From assembly GCA_043228905.1 (NCBI GenBank), contig JBHGNT010000020.1, positions 12,214,001 to 12,278,000 of the forward strand: 64,000 nucleotides of DNA. The letters run 5' to 3'. This DNA is from Azolla caroliniana. Lineage: Eukaryota > Plantae > Polypodiophyta. A program made the position numbers and the translations under genes. Each line of letters starts with the position of its first letter. Position 1 is the first letter of the stretch. Below the pieces are notes generated by a model. That model was not told where the DNA came from. It searched no databases and worked only from the letters and a program-made list of their open reading frames with translations. Shown here one piece after another: positions 1 through 14,200 of this stretch.

Positions 1-844
1 GCCCATTATTAGTGCCAATACACAACATGAATATGGATGGATATATATTACATGCATGTGTTTGGCATGTTGAAGTATGATGGCCAATGACGATACAGAA
101 GGATACAAACTTCCATTACAAGTGGATGTCGCAACTTGCCAAATGTTGGGGCAACAAACTGAGAGGACGAGGATACCTCTTCTTCAACCAATATTGTTAT
201 CATATCCATTCTAAAAATGGGGTATTGGCTTTGTCTAAGCTTCCAACCTAATAGTGATATGTACAAGTAACAAATACCTCCTAGTAATAGCTTACCATTA
301 TACTGAATTAGTGGAATCAAAGGCAGTAAAGCCATGTAAACATTCTATCCTCATTATGAGCTCACTAACATGAACCCAATATAATAGAAATGTAAATATT
401 TGCATCCTCCTCTTAAATAATTGTAAATTTATGTTCTTTTCTTGTCATATCCTAGTATATGCTTGGATGAAAAGGAATCTCACGGGGTTCTACAAACAAC
501 CAATACTCCTTGAAAGATTCCATTGTGGTATATTCAGAATATTTGTTTTAGTACTAATTAGTGCATCTAAAATAATGGAGTTTCCATGTTTATATTGCTA
601 ATAGACAACGATAATAATCCTATTTTATAGAGCTTTTCATCAATATTTTGGCTAGAGGATTATATAGTAAGCTGAATAGCTTCTTATTGATGTGGCTTGG
701 ACTCTAGCTCTATGATATTGGTATAAAGTCTCTTCTTTTCTATTATGGAAGCCTTGGTAAATGGCAACAACTCTAATTGTCTCAAGGTTAGTGAAAATTC
801 TTATCATAGTGTTTTACCTTTATATTTTAACCCTCCCTAATAAT

Positions 845-1347
845 TAACAATCGGCAATGGTTCGGTTCGGTTTGAGAGGGTCCAAACTGAACCGGTTTGG
901 AACCGAAGCGTTTAAATTTTTTGAAACCTGAACCAAACCAAACCAAACCGCAAAACTATTAAACCGAACCGGTAAACATTTTTCAAACCGTTACACCATT
1001 AAACCGTAAAAACCGCGATTTCGTGGTTCGGTTTCGGTTTTCAACATAGGTCAAAATTTTTATTTTTTAAAATTTAAAAAATTTAAAAGATGTTCCTAAA
1101 ATGTGAGAATAAGGTCTAAAAATGAAAAGATTCTTTAAAAACGATTTATTATTATTATTATTATTTTTCAATTTTTACAATTTAAAAAAATAAATAAATA
1201 ACCGTTAAACCGTGGTTTTTGACTGCTGAAACCAAACCGAATTGTTTTAAAAAACCCAAACCTGAACCGAACCGTTGAAACTGTTAAGTCATTAAACCAT
1301 AGTTCCGTGGTTCGGTTCGGTTCAAACCGAACCGTTGCCGATTGTTA
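845..1347. mobile_element. hAT-type MITE (non-autonomous DNA transposon), ~503 bp
   Basis: Terminal inverted repeats TAACAATCGGCAATGGTTCGG... / ...CCGAACCGTTGCCGATTGTTA; exact 8-bp TSD CTAATAAT (837-844 and 1348-1355); many subterminal AACCG/CGGTT motifs; AT-rich non-coding core. An 8-bp TSD is characteristic of hAT. Confidence 0.85.
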
Positions 1348-2039
1348 CTAATAATGCAATTTAAATGTTCTTTTTTTCCAAAAAACTCACTAAAATCCAA
1401 TGGAAAAAGTTTGAGATTTTCCTTATTGATGTTTATCAGTTTAATTCCAAACATAAGGCCATGCATGAGTGATCCTTTCAATTAGTGGTTCACTCTTCCA
1501 AAATCAAGAGAAATTAGAAATTTCTAGTCGTCTTACTCTCAGAACTAAGACAAGATAGCAATAGAAAGAGCGAGAGAAAGAGTGATGGATGATAGAGATA
1601 GATGAGATAAAAGTGGATAGAGTGAGCATGAGAGAGAGAAACTATGAAAGGATTTAAGATAAAGAGATACAAAAGAGAGCTTAGTTGGAGGAATCAAGAC
1701 CGGTGTTGAACCATAATGGTTTGACAAGAATGAAGGGGCTTCATTATATAATGGGTCATGGAGCATTCTAGGGCCTAGGCTTTTCTAAAATGTTCTAGGA
1801 TTCTACCAATTATGATATTGTATTAAATTACATAAAAGATGTGTATTAGATTGCTTAATGGTGAAGTCCTTGGCATATACACACATAGGTTATAGGTTTG
1901 AGCTACGCCATCACGCTTATTTATCATGCATCACATACAATATACCCACTCTACTCTAAGTTTGCTTGTATTGTATATATTGAAAGATAAAGTTGGGCGC
2001 TTTTGGATGTGACCATTTTTGTCAATCCATCTTCAACAC

Positions 2040-2190
2040 TTATGTAAAGCATAGTCATTTATGGTCAAATGCAATGCATTGTATCGAAGTGTGATAAACT
2101 TTCAAACTAGTTTAGGCAAATTTTGCATAATTAACTATTCTTGTCACTTGTACCCCAGTGTCCCATCTCACATCCAAGTGAGTATGAACT
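2040..2190 (-). repeat. Degenerate dispersed-repeat fragment, inverted homologue of ~56150-56300 and ~57000-57160
   Basis: GCATTGTATCGAAGTGTGATA...CAAACTAGTTTAGGCAAATTTTGCATA...TCACTTGTACCCC aligns by eye with the reverse complement of GGGCACAAGTGA...TGCACACTTTGCCCTAAACAAGTT...TATCACACTTTGATACGATGC. Confidence 0.6.
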
Positions 2191-3231
2191 AAGTAGTATG
2201 GAAGAGATGATATAGGTGGTAGATGATTGGATAGGCTTTAAGATGCATTGATGTGTGTGGTTTCCTTGTTCAACAAAGAACATAGTTTTGTAGCTAGGTG
2301 CAACATCTATGGTACGTGATGCATGAGCCTCCACATATGTAGCATAGTGTGAAGTGTATAATGTGAAGCATGAAGAGAGAGGCAACTAACAAATTGCCCA
2401 TAGTTGATATGGTGATGGTTTCTCAAGAGTTTGGGAAGTGTGCCATGGTTAGGTCAATCACCACCATGTCACATAGTTTAAATTGAACAAAGTGATACAT
2501 GACACATCATAGATCTTTAAACGTACCAATCTACGACCATGATCTTGTGTTAATAGCCTAATAACTTAGCTCAACAACACACAATTAACAAAAATCTAAG
2601 GAGCTTCAACAAGAGAGACAAAGAAGAAAACATGTTGTGAACTAGAAAAATATCATAATAGGGTAATGCACAATTATGTCCTCTCTTATGTGTCCCATTA
2701 TAATCTACAGATTCGACCTTCTATGTCAAGAGCATTCGTGATCATAGAAATGTTTTAACAGCATAAAACATAAACGAATTTGGTGTTGTACATTATCAAA
2801 AGAAAAAGAAAACCTTGAACCATGATTTTTTAAGAAACAGGAAACACATCTAGCATTTTTCATCACAACTATTTGTATATCATCAAAGGAAAACCCTGTT
2901 ATCACTAACAAGAGTCCCATGAAGTTCTAAGAAAGCTCGAAAGAGTATTGGTATTTTTCACCACAATTTGTTCACAAAAAATTGCACATACAAAGCAATA
3001 GGTTCCCATATCTTTAATAAGACAGGATCACAAAATTCTGATGTCGCTTAGAATAGTGTCATAATGTTTTAAGAAAGCTAAAGGAAAATGATATTTTTTA
3101 TAGCAATACATTGCTAGCTAGAATGACAAGGCCTCAATCTAGTTTGTTCAGGGCCTGATTAGTACCATTCATTGAAAATTTGTATAACATGATTCCATGC
3201 CTTCCTCTCAAACCAGCAAATTCCATATGCA

Positions 3232-5387
<2,156 letters not shown>

Positions 5388-5402
5388 TTAGGGTTAGGGT
5401 TT
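5388..5402 (-). promoter_or_regulatory. Telo-box (AAACCCTAACCCTAA) ~100 bp upstream of the RUVBL2 ATG
   Basis: TTAGGGTTAGGGTTT on the + strand; telo-boxes are known 5' elements of plant growth/translation genes. Confidence 0.55.
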
Positions 5403-5543
5403 ACGCAGGCATGGCTATGGCGAAACAGGAGGCAGTTATTAGTAGTAAGTAGTTCGGGCTCTGCAAGAAGAGCTGAACGAACGAAAGAAGAGAAAGAAAA
5501 AGCCCTGCAAAAAACCTTCGAGGGGGCCACAAAACACTAACAG

Positions 5544-6180
5544 AATTAGGCCTCTAATTCCTCACTATTCACAAAAATAGGCCTCCAATCCCTTGGTAAT
5601 TACAAAACTATGATTCCTCACTAATTACAAAATTAGGCCTCTAATTCCTCATATTCACAAAATTAGGCCTCTACCTCCTTACTAGTTACAAAATTAGGCC
5701 TCTAATTCCTTAGTAATTACAAAAATAGGCTTCTAATTCCTCCCTATTCACAAAAGTAGGCCTCTAATTCCTCACTATTCCCAAATTTAGGCCTCTGATT
5801 CCTTTTTATTCGCAAAATTAGGCCCTCTAATTCCTCGCTATCCACAAAACAAGGCCCCATATTCCTCACTATTCACAATGTAGTACGTAAAATTCGTGTT
5901 CGTCTAACATAACATTCGTTTTCCTACGTTGGAAAACGAATGCGAACGTTATTTAAACATGCTTGTGTTTTTTTTAAAAGGTTTTTTTCCTTTTTTTATG
6001 TGTTTATTTACCTCGTAATAAATAGTTAATCCAAAAGTATGGTAGTTACCATTCTTCTAGGGTGTTTACCATACTCGAAATATTTAATCATTCACGAATG
6101 TGAATGCACGTATGGTACGTATGATTCACAATATTAGGCCTCTAATTCCTCACTATTCACAAAACTAGGCCCCATAATTC
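5544..6180. repeat. 31-bp minisatellite (AATTAGGCCTCTAATTCCTCACTATTCACAA), ~11 copies at 5544-5878 plus ~2 at 6125-6180
   Basis: Directly visible tandem units with 31-bp period, interrupted by ~240 bp of unrelated sequence. Confidence 0.9.
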
Positions 6181-9052
6181 AAGAAATGCCTTCTCCTACT
6201 ACAGACTCTCCATATTTAATCGATGCATAATTAGATGTTTTTACCAAAGTTTACGTTGTATCCTTGATCTTATGAGGAGCATTAAGATTAAGTGCATTGC
6301 CAATTATATACGTTTAAAACACGATCAATTGTCGGTTCGTGAAGATTTGAGTATCATAATAATAATATATCAAATGAACGAAATAATAATAATAGCAAGG
6401 GCCTTTTATTACAAGAGTACACTACGACAAACTTATTCTCGAAGGTACATTGAGCTCATTGGTGTCATACCTAAAGTATTTGTTGCATTAGTGAGTAAAA
6501 AGTCATGATGCCAATTGAGGTTCTAAACGTCCTTTTCTCATCAATCTTAAGTTGGGGATATCATGATCAAAGGCCTATCTTTCTAAAGTAGACAATAAAC
6601 TTTCCTTTATTGATCCAAGAGATCATCATAACTTAGTTTAAGTTATGATGCTCAACTTATATATAAATGCATTGTTGTGTCTTTTTTCTTCAAATATAAT
6701 ATTGGTGGAGTCTTGAATTTACTCAAACAAATAAACCCTTTGTGCCATGTAATTACGAAATTGTCATGATTCTTCATTTTTTTCCCCATTTTTTTTGGCA
6801 ATACTCTGACTATAAGAGACTTTGCAATCACCTTCCATTTTGAACTAGGCATCGACAATGAGTTCCAAGTTTTTGTTGATGGGTATCCTATAAGACAAAC
6901 ATCTACGAAATCATTGTGTCAAAGTCGTTCAACTTCATAAACACAAACAAGTGGATAGATTGGTATCCCATGCTCCACGTGCAACATGACTATCTTACCC
7001 TTGCAGTCAAAAATTATGTGATTGTGTCGTTAACTTTGACAATGCATAGGGTGCACACTCTACGATCATTATTTGGGCAGTGCCCTGATAGTGGTTGTCA
7101 AACTCGATGCTCGTTCTCATTCTCCTATAGCTTCAAAATGGTGTCCTCATAACATTGACGAGTATTTGTACTCGTTGGCCTTGTGGTATGTGACATGTAT
7201 TACACATCAGGTTGAGAGCATAGAAATCAAAACCAACTTAGTGTGAACTTGTCAATTCTAATTAGAATTAAAATAGACAAAGTAGTGCTTTGAGGTTGGC
7301 ATTATGGATTCTTGGAGCTTAAGGGCTCAAGATCACGAGTTATTCAATATATCAAGATCATGTCACTCTTAGGAGTGTGTGGGACTTGATCATACATGTT
7401 ATTTAGATGTCGAGGGAGAACATGTGGTTGTCTCTCAATGTCTATCATGAGAATGGTTTCAAGATTCGGATAAGAGATCTATTATGCGGGTTAATCTTAT
7501 TGTCCTTGTTTATCGCACACCTTTAAGAAGCAAATGTTGAAGATAGTAAATGCAAAATACGATGATGTTAACAATTCTTTCCCTTGTTTTGACATAGATC
7601 TATTTGATTAATACACGTTGCTAGTATTGTATAGAATGACATGGCATGTGCTAAAAGTATCATGAGATCGAAAGAAGACGAGGAGACAAGGCGATACAAT
7701 AGGTCATTGTGCTAATGATGTTTTTGCATATATTGATGTACAAACATGAGTTTGGAGAAGTTGGGATTGTGTTAGCTCGAGAACACCCAACAAGTGTATC
7801 TCTCGACATCACAATATCACCAATATTTCATCAAAAGGGTACTTCCACAATTATGAAAGCCAAGAGGAGTATACTAGTATATAGGGAGAGGAAGCTCAAA
7901 TATCCATAAATTTGATGGATCAAACTTCTCTCCATGGAAAACTCAAATGTGATGTTGAGGTAGTGAAAAATTGTTGAAGCGGACATGTCTGATGAAAACT
8001 ATAAAGAACTATAGTAGCTTGCAATGTTGACCTCATACACTTGATGAATAACATCTACTTCTCAATCTTGGATTGTGAAAACTCAATGGAATTAAGGAAT
8101 AAGTTGGGTAATGCCAATGGAAAAAAATATTGCATCTAATAGTGTTTGTCTCATGAGACATGTTGTGTGAGATTTGAAGTAAGGAATTGAATCTTATTGT
8201 TGTATGAGATTCAAAGCGAAGCAATAGATGTTGAACTTTCTAGTAAAATGAAACAATGAATCGAACATAAAAAAATATCCATATGACAATGCAATTGTGT
8301 TAAGCCAATTGGCTATCGGGGTTAGAAACATTAAACTCTTCAATTGATTAGTTCGAATTTGTAAGTATAGCACAGAGGAGTAGAGGGATCCATACGTTGG
8401 TCACATCCACCTGCAACCGATGGAGAAGGAAAGACTACACGTAACAAGAGGCTGGTGTCGTGATGTGGTGTGGCCAAAGGTAAAAAGTGGGAAAAGGAAG
8501 TGAGGAAGTGTGTGGAGAAAAAGGGGAGAAAATTGTGAAAAGGGGATGAGCTAGTATATATACAAAATAATGAACGAGGGTAGAGACTTCGAAATCTTTG
8601 CAATGAATCAAGGACTATTTTATTCTTGCTTCATTTTCGAATAATAACATTTTGAGGCCCCTCCCCATATAAAAGGATGGGAAGAGGGTACATTATGCTT
8701 CTCTAGTTCGTTTTTGGCGCTTTGGTCTTCTTCTTCTTCTATCGCATTTTGATGTTTTGGGTGCTCATCTTCATCTTACGAGTTTAGCATTTTGGGGGCT
8801 TCAAGGAGTGCTTTGTGTTGCTACCACTATTGTAATTGTTTGCTCGGACCATTGTACACCCTAACCTATAAAGGTTTATTCTTGCTTAATCTAAAGTTTG
8901 TCGTCTTAAAACAAGTCTCCTCGTTCTTAATCTTGTTTGTTCATCCTAAAGTTTATGTTCATTACGTTAATCATTTGTTTCCACCCTAACCTCGTACATT
9001 AATCACCGGCCTACTTCCGAGAGCAAGAAGGGGCGAATAGAAGGACACGTCT

Positions 9053-9330
9053 TTCCCTTTGATTATATTCCCCCTTCGACTCTACTTCCCTATGACCCTG
9101 CTTCCCTTCGAATATGCTATCCATTGACTTTGCATTCACTTTGGCTTTGTTTCCCTTTGACTCTGGTCTCCCTTCAACTTTACGCTCCCTTCGACTTTGT
9201 CTTCCTTTCGAGCCTAGGGATTTTTCGACTCTGAAGAAGTTTCGATTCTAGAAACGCTTTGACTCTATAGAACTTTCGAGTTTGAGGAGCGCTTGACTCT
9301 ATCGAGCTTCCGACTCCTAAGAGCCTTCAA
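9053..9330. repeat. Degenerate 16-20-bp tandem array with core (CCC)TTCGACTCT
   Basis: More than a dozen recurrences of TTCGACTC/TTTGACTC/TTCGATTC variants at ~16-20-bp spacing. Confidence 0.7.
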
Positions 9331-9469
9331 GTTGCACCCAATTAGTCCTTGTATCCTCTATAGTACAAGTTTCCCTTGGTCTCGCTCGAGTAGCACACAT
9401 ACATGCGTTTACGCGACACTGGACACTAGCCACATGCCAACACGTCTGTGAGCCAAAGACGACAATCTC

Positions 9470-9760
9470 TCCGTCTCTGGCTCTATCCCTTTGTCTCTCT
9501 CTGTCTCTATCTCTGTCTTTGTCTCTCTGTTTGTTTGTTTGTTTGTTTGTTTCTCTCTCTCTCTCTCTCTTTGTGCATGTGTGCATGCAAATCGAGAGGG
9601 CCGAAGGGCATTTGGGGAAATAACGAAAAGTCAGGGGCATGTCCAAGAATAAGAGAAACATGCATCGGACTGCTACTCTGTTTCCTTTGACACAGACGCA
9701 GACAGAGACAGACACAGAGAGAGAGAGACAGAGAGACAGAGAGACAGAGACAGAGTCTCT
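9470..9760. repeat. (CT)n, (GTTT)n and (GAGACA)n microsatellites around the probable TSS/5'UTR of the DsbA-like gene
   Basis: Simple repeats visible in the sequence; they explain the spurious low-complexity ORFs here. Confidence 0.85.
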
Positions 9761-9851
9761 GAGCATCAGTCAGTGTACAAGGAAGACTTTCCTTCGTCAT
9801 TCGGTTCCCTGCTTGCTTGTGTAGATTTGATTTTCTCACACAGTTCTTGCC

Positions 9852-11224
9852 ATGTCGCAGGCGATGGTAACGAAGCCCCTCATCCGCATCGATGTCGTCT
9901 CTGACACTGTCTGTCCTTGGTGCTTCGTAGGGAAACGGCATCTCAACATGGCTATGGCCTCTTCGCGCGACAAATATACCTTTGAGGTTCTCGTATCAAA
10001 AGAAATATATATCATTCCTTCTTCTTTTCTTAATTGTATAATCAATGGGCGATTCCTTCATAGTTTCGATTAATAAACAAGACTCTCTCTTTTTCTTTTT
10101 CTCTCTGTAGCTCTTTCTCTTTCTTTCCACGAATTCTCAAATTCTTTGTATGATTGATGAAAAGGTATTTGTTAATGGCGTTGTTTAAACAAAAATAATG
10201 TTCGTTTCATTGTTCTCTTTCTTTTTTTTGGGTCTTTATTCTGTCATTAATAAATGGATTTGGATAACAAATGAGTAGTCTCATTACTTTCATTTTCTTT
10301 CTTCTTTTGGTCTTAACTATATGATCAATGAATGGATTTTTGTTCATGATTTGGAAGAAAAATATATTTGTTATTATATGTCTAATGAATGGATACCTAC
10401 TGTAGGTCAAGTGGCATCCCTTCTTATTGAATCCCAATGCAGATCCCAGAGGAGTCAATAAAATTGAGTATTATAAGAAGAAATTTGGGGAAGACCGAGC
10501 AATGGAGATTAAAGAGAGAATGACTAAGGTTAGTTCCTTTTTGCACTTAGGAAATGGCCACATCACTAGTTAAGTTTTTTCTGTACTTGTAAATTGAACG
10601 CATCGTTAATGCATTAATAGTGTTAAACCTACACACATCTTCATTAATGACAGCCAGAAACATATAAATAAACAAATATTTCCTAGTAATTCATGTATTT
10701 ATAGCCGCCTGATTAGCATGAATCATCACTGATTAATGGCTGTGATGTCCATTACAAAACTTTGTATCTATACACGATTAGTTTGTTGGCATTGCTTCTC
10801 TGCTCTTGAAGAATCAATCATATGTTTTTGAAATCGTAGTTTGGAAAATAAGGCAAAATAGGGAGGAAAGTTATTTCCCTCAATAATATTTCACTCGCTG
10901 ATTCTAATCAATATCTCTATTTCTTATCTGTATTTATACTTTATTACCATTTCACTAGCTGGTTTGTAGAGGTTAATTCACAGCTATGTTGGCAAATAAG
11001 AAGCATTGCATCACATTGTGCCTTGCAAATAATGTCCTGTTCCAGATTAGTTTAGGTCCTTCATTCATCATTTTTCTTAAGGAGCAAGTCTTTTGTGCTT
11101 TCTTATGTGCCAATATATATAGAGAGAGATAAACAGACTTTTTTTTCTTCCTCTTTCTTTTCAGCCGCCCACTTTTTCCTTCTTTTTCTTTTCTTCTCTC
11201 CTCCTAAAAAATCTATAAAATGTC

Positions 11225-11268
<44 letters not shown>

Positions 11269-14200
11269 GTTTATCCTTAAAATCTGGCTGTAGAAGATTT
11301 CCTCGAAGGTGATGAGGCGAGCAACTGCTGAGTCAGAATCCTTCATTCGGAGGTCTTCAAGATGCCACTTAGATTAATCAAGCCAAAACCGAACACCTTA
11401 TTTACTTCTATATATCATTTTTCAAATACTCAACATTGTTGAATATTTCCATTGCCACAAACTTGTGTGCCGTTGTCGCGTATTTCCGCGCGTGTGTGTA
11501 GAATAAGGCGGGACCACGGGGGCCTCGGATTAGGGAGTAGATGGGAAGACGGGTATGAGAAAAGTGGAAGAGATTAACACGGTTGAGAAAGTAGAAAGAG
11601 ACAATATATCTGAAGTTATGTATATTATGGACATGAAAGCAGCAAAGCGATTACAACCGCGGCCGCATGGGCCGGACTCAAAACATAAGTAGAATGTAAA
11701 CCCTAATCGGATAAGTAAAGAAAGAAATGACGAAACCCTAGAAGAAATCCTAAACCGAATAGAAACCCTCGACCTAAGTGGTATACCTCTTCTCACTCAA
11801 AATAGGCAACCCCGTCAATGGTGCCCCTTCCTCTCCTTTTATAGCATAAGGAGAGAAAGCCGTTACAAAAAGAAGAGACTAAATATCCCCTTTATTCAAT
11901 GGGGATATTTGCTTAGATACTAGGAGGAGGGATTGATGGGGCCTTAGCTCCCACTCCTCACACATACTACTATGCCCATTACTCACCTCGTACTCTACAA
12001 AGTGCACATCACATTTATGCCTCTACGAACTTTGTGGTGCACCTTTAGCACTTTAGATTATTACCCTTCCCATTACATTTTGTTTACATATTCTTATTAC
12101 ATAAATTTACAAGTGCATGTGCAATGTTGCACATCCCCATTTTATTTGTCCCTCTCGGTTTTCTCACCGTAGCCGGAAATCTTCACGACATCCGCCCCCA
12201 CCAAACTGCACATCCACCGGTATGATCAACCGGGTTCTCCGCCGTCCCGACACCCGACCGCCTTGCCGGCTCCTTCCGGCCCCGATCCGTCGGCTCCATC
12301 CGATCCACCAGGACCACCGCGTGTCCCCGAACCACTGACTCCATCCGATCTGCCATATCCGACGTTCATGTCGGTCCTCTCGGACGCCGTTGTCGACCTG
12401 GCCACTTCGACTTTGTCCGCCATGTATGCCCTTCGATTGGGCCCTCGGTCACGTTGGTTGTACGCCGGATTCCGCGCCTTGCGTGCCGCATATGTCCCTC
12501 CGTCGGTTCGATCGTCTCCGCGTCCCAGACGCCTCCGCATGCCGACTCTCTCCGCTCCGCGCTCGCCTTCCATAGGCTCTTCCCGTGTGCTGTTATCGTT
12601 CCCCGAATGCGCACTCGTTCTTCGGTCCTTAGGCGACCCCATTACGCACTCCTCACTCCCCCCTTGCTTGTCGTGCTCTCTCACCCTAGAGCGTACCATC
12701 ATACCGACCTCCGTGTCGATGTCCTTCGCCTCGACTTGCACCCTCTTGGCCTCGCATGTCCTCCGGGACGCCGCGCTTTCTCTTCCCAACGTGTACCCTT
12801 TTGTTCTCCGCGCACCATCCTTCTCTCCCGCCGTTCATTCGCCGATCATGACACCTTATCGCTCCGTCTCTCGCCACGTGCTTGCCTCTCAAAGGCTCGA
12901 CCGACCCGTCGTTGCCGGTCACTCGTTGCCGCTCTTCCGGGTGCATGCTTGCTTCTTGGCCCTTCGCCGGCCATAGTGCATGCTCCGCTTTACACCCTTC
13001 ACTCGCTGTAGACCTGACCTCCGCGTCGGCCTCTTCTCCCTTTGTTGCCGTAGCCCGTTCCGACTCGGGCTTGCTGTCTTGGCCCCGCTCGTCCATTATT
13101 TCATACCGGATACCCGCCCCGGTAACCTCGTCCACTCCGGTAACGGACTCCTCACCGCCACCCGCTGTCTCTCCGGTCTTACGTTGATCTGCAACCGCCA
13201 AAGTCTCTAGAATAGGTGTGGAGTGTCCCGCCCGTTTCCGGTCTTTCACGGAACCGTAGTCGTCATGCCCGCTTGACCTCCTTCTCGCGCTCACCGGCTC
13301 CAACCATGTGTTGTGACTCGTCCTCCCCGATCTCCAATCATGCTGGCTTGGTCCTTGCCCGGTTCGGTCTCGACCGATCATGTTCCGGTTTGGTCAGCTT
13401 CCTTCCATAATCGTAACTGGCCGGTAAGGTTTCGGCCGAACACTTCCGGTCTTGCCAACTCTTTTTCGGTTCAGGCCCGGTTGACTGGCCCCCGCTTCAT
13501 TCTTTTCCCGGTTCGCCTTCCGGTCGGGTCAGTTCCTGACTCTCTCCTTGTTGCCGCTCTCGGCCTCCCCTTCGGTCCTTTCGTATATGCCCGTTCCGGG
13601 CCTTGCATCCTCCTCTTCGTTTCGGTCACCCTCCTTGCCGCCGCCACCGTCCGTCACTCTAGGTCTCATACCGGCTCTCGGGCCGGATGCCTGAGTCTCT
13701 AGAACTGGTGCGGGTAAGATCCTAGCACCGCCGCTCGTTATGTCCGTAGCCACCTCCATCCGGATGTCGTTGTTCGTGGCTACCCCGTCTCCAATAGCGG
13801 AATCCTCGATTACGCTTGCTGCCTCCTCTTCCTCGATCTCCTTGCCGTCGTCTTGGTTGCCCGCCTTGCCGCCGCCACCGTTCGTCACTCTAGGCCTCAC
13901 ACCGGCTCTCGGGCTGGACGCCGGAGTCTCTAGAATCGGTGTGGGTAAGGTCCCGGCACCACCGCTCGTCTCCTCCCCGCTTGATGTTTCGGGCCACCGG
14001 GTCCCGAATACTCTGCCCACTCTCGAAGTGGCGCTCCCTGCTCCGTATTCACCGGCCTCATCCATGGCCGTCCATTCACCGCAAGACGAGAGGGTCGCTT
14101 GCTCCGCACCCTCTCCCACGTCACTGTCGTACGCTCTTCCGGCCTCCACATAGGCCCCGTCATCCACGCATAGGGAGGCTTCTTCCTCCGCATCCTCCGA

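Noticed and set aside
11305-11335. Intronic C/D-box snoRNA (GTGATGA...CTGA)
   Set aside because: Boxes are too close together, with no terminal stem or distal D box.
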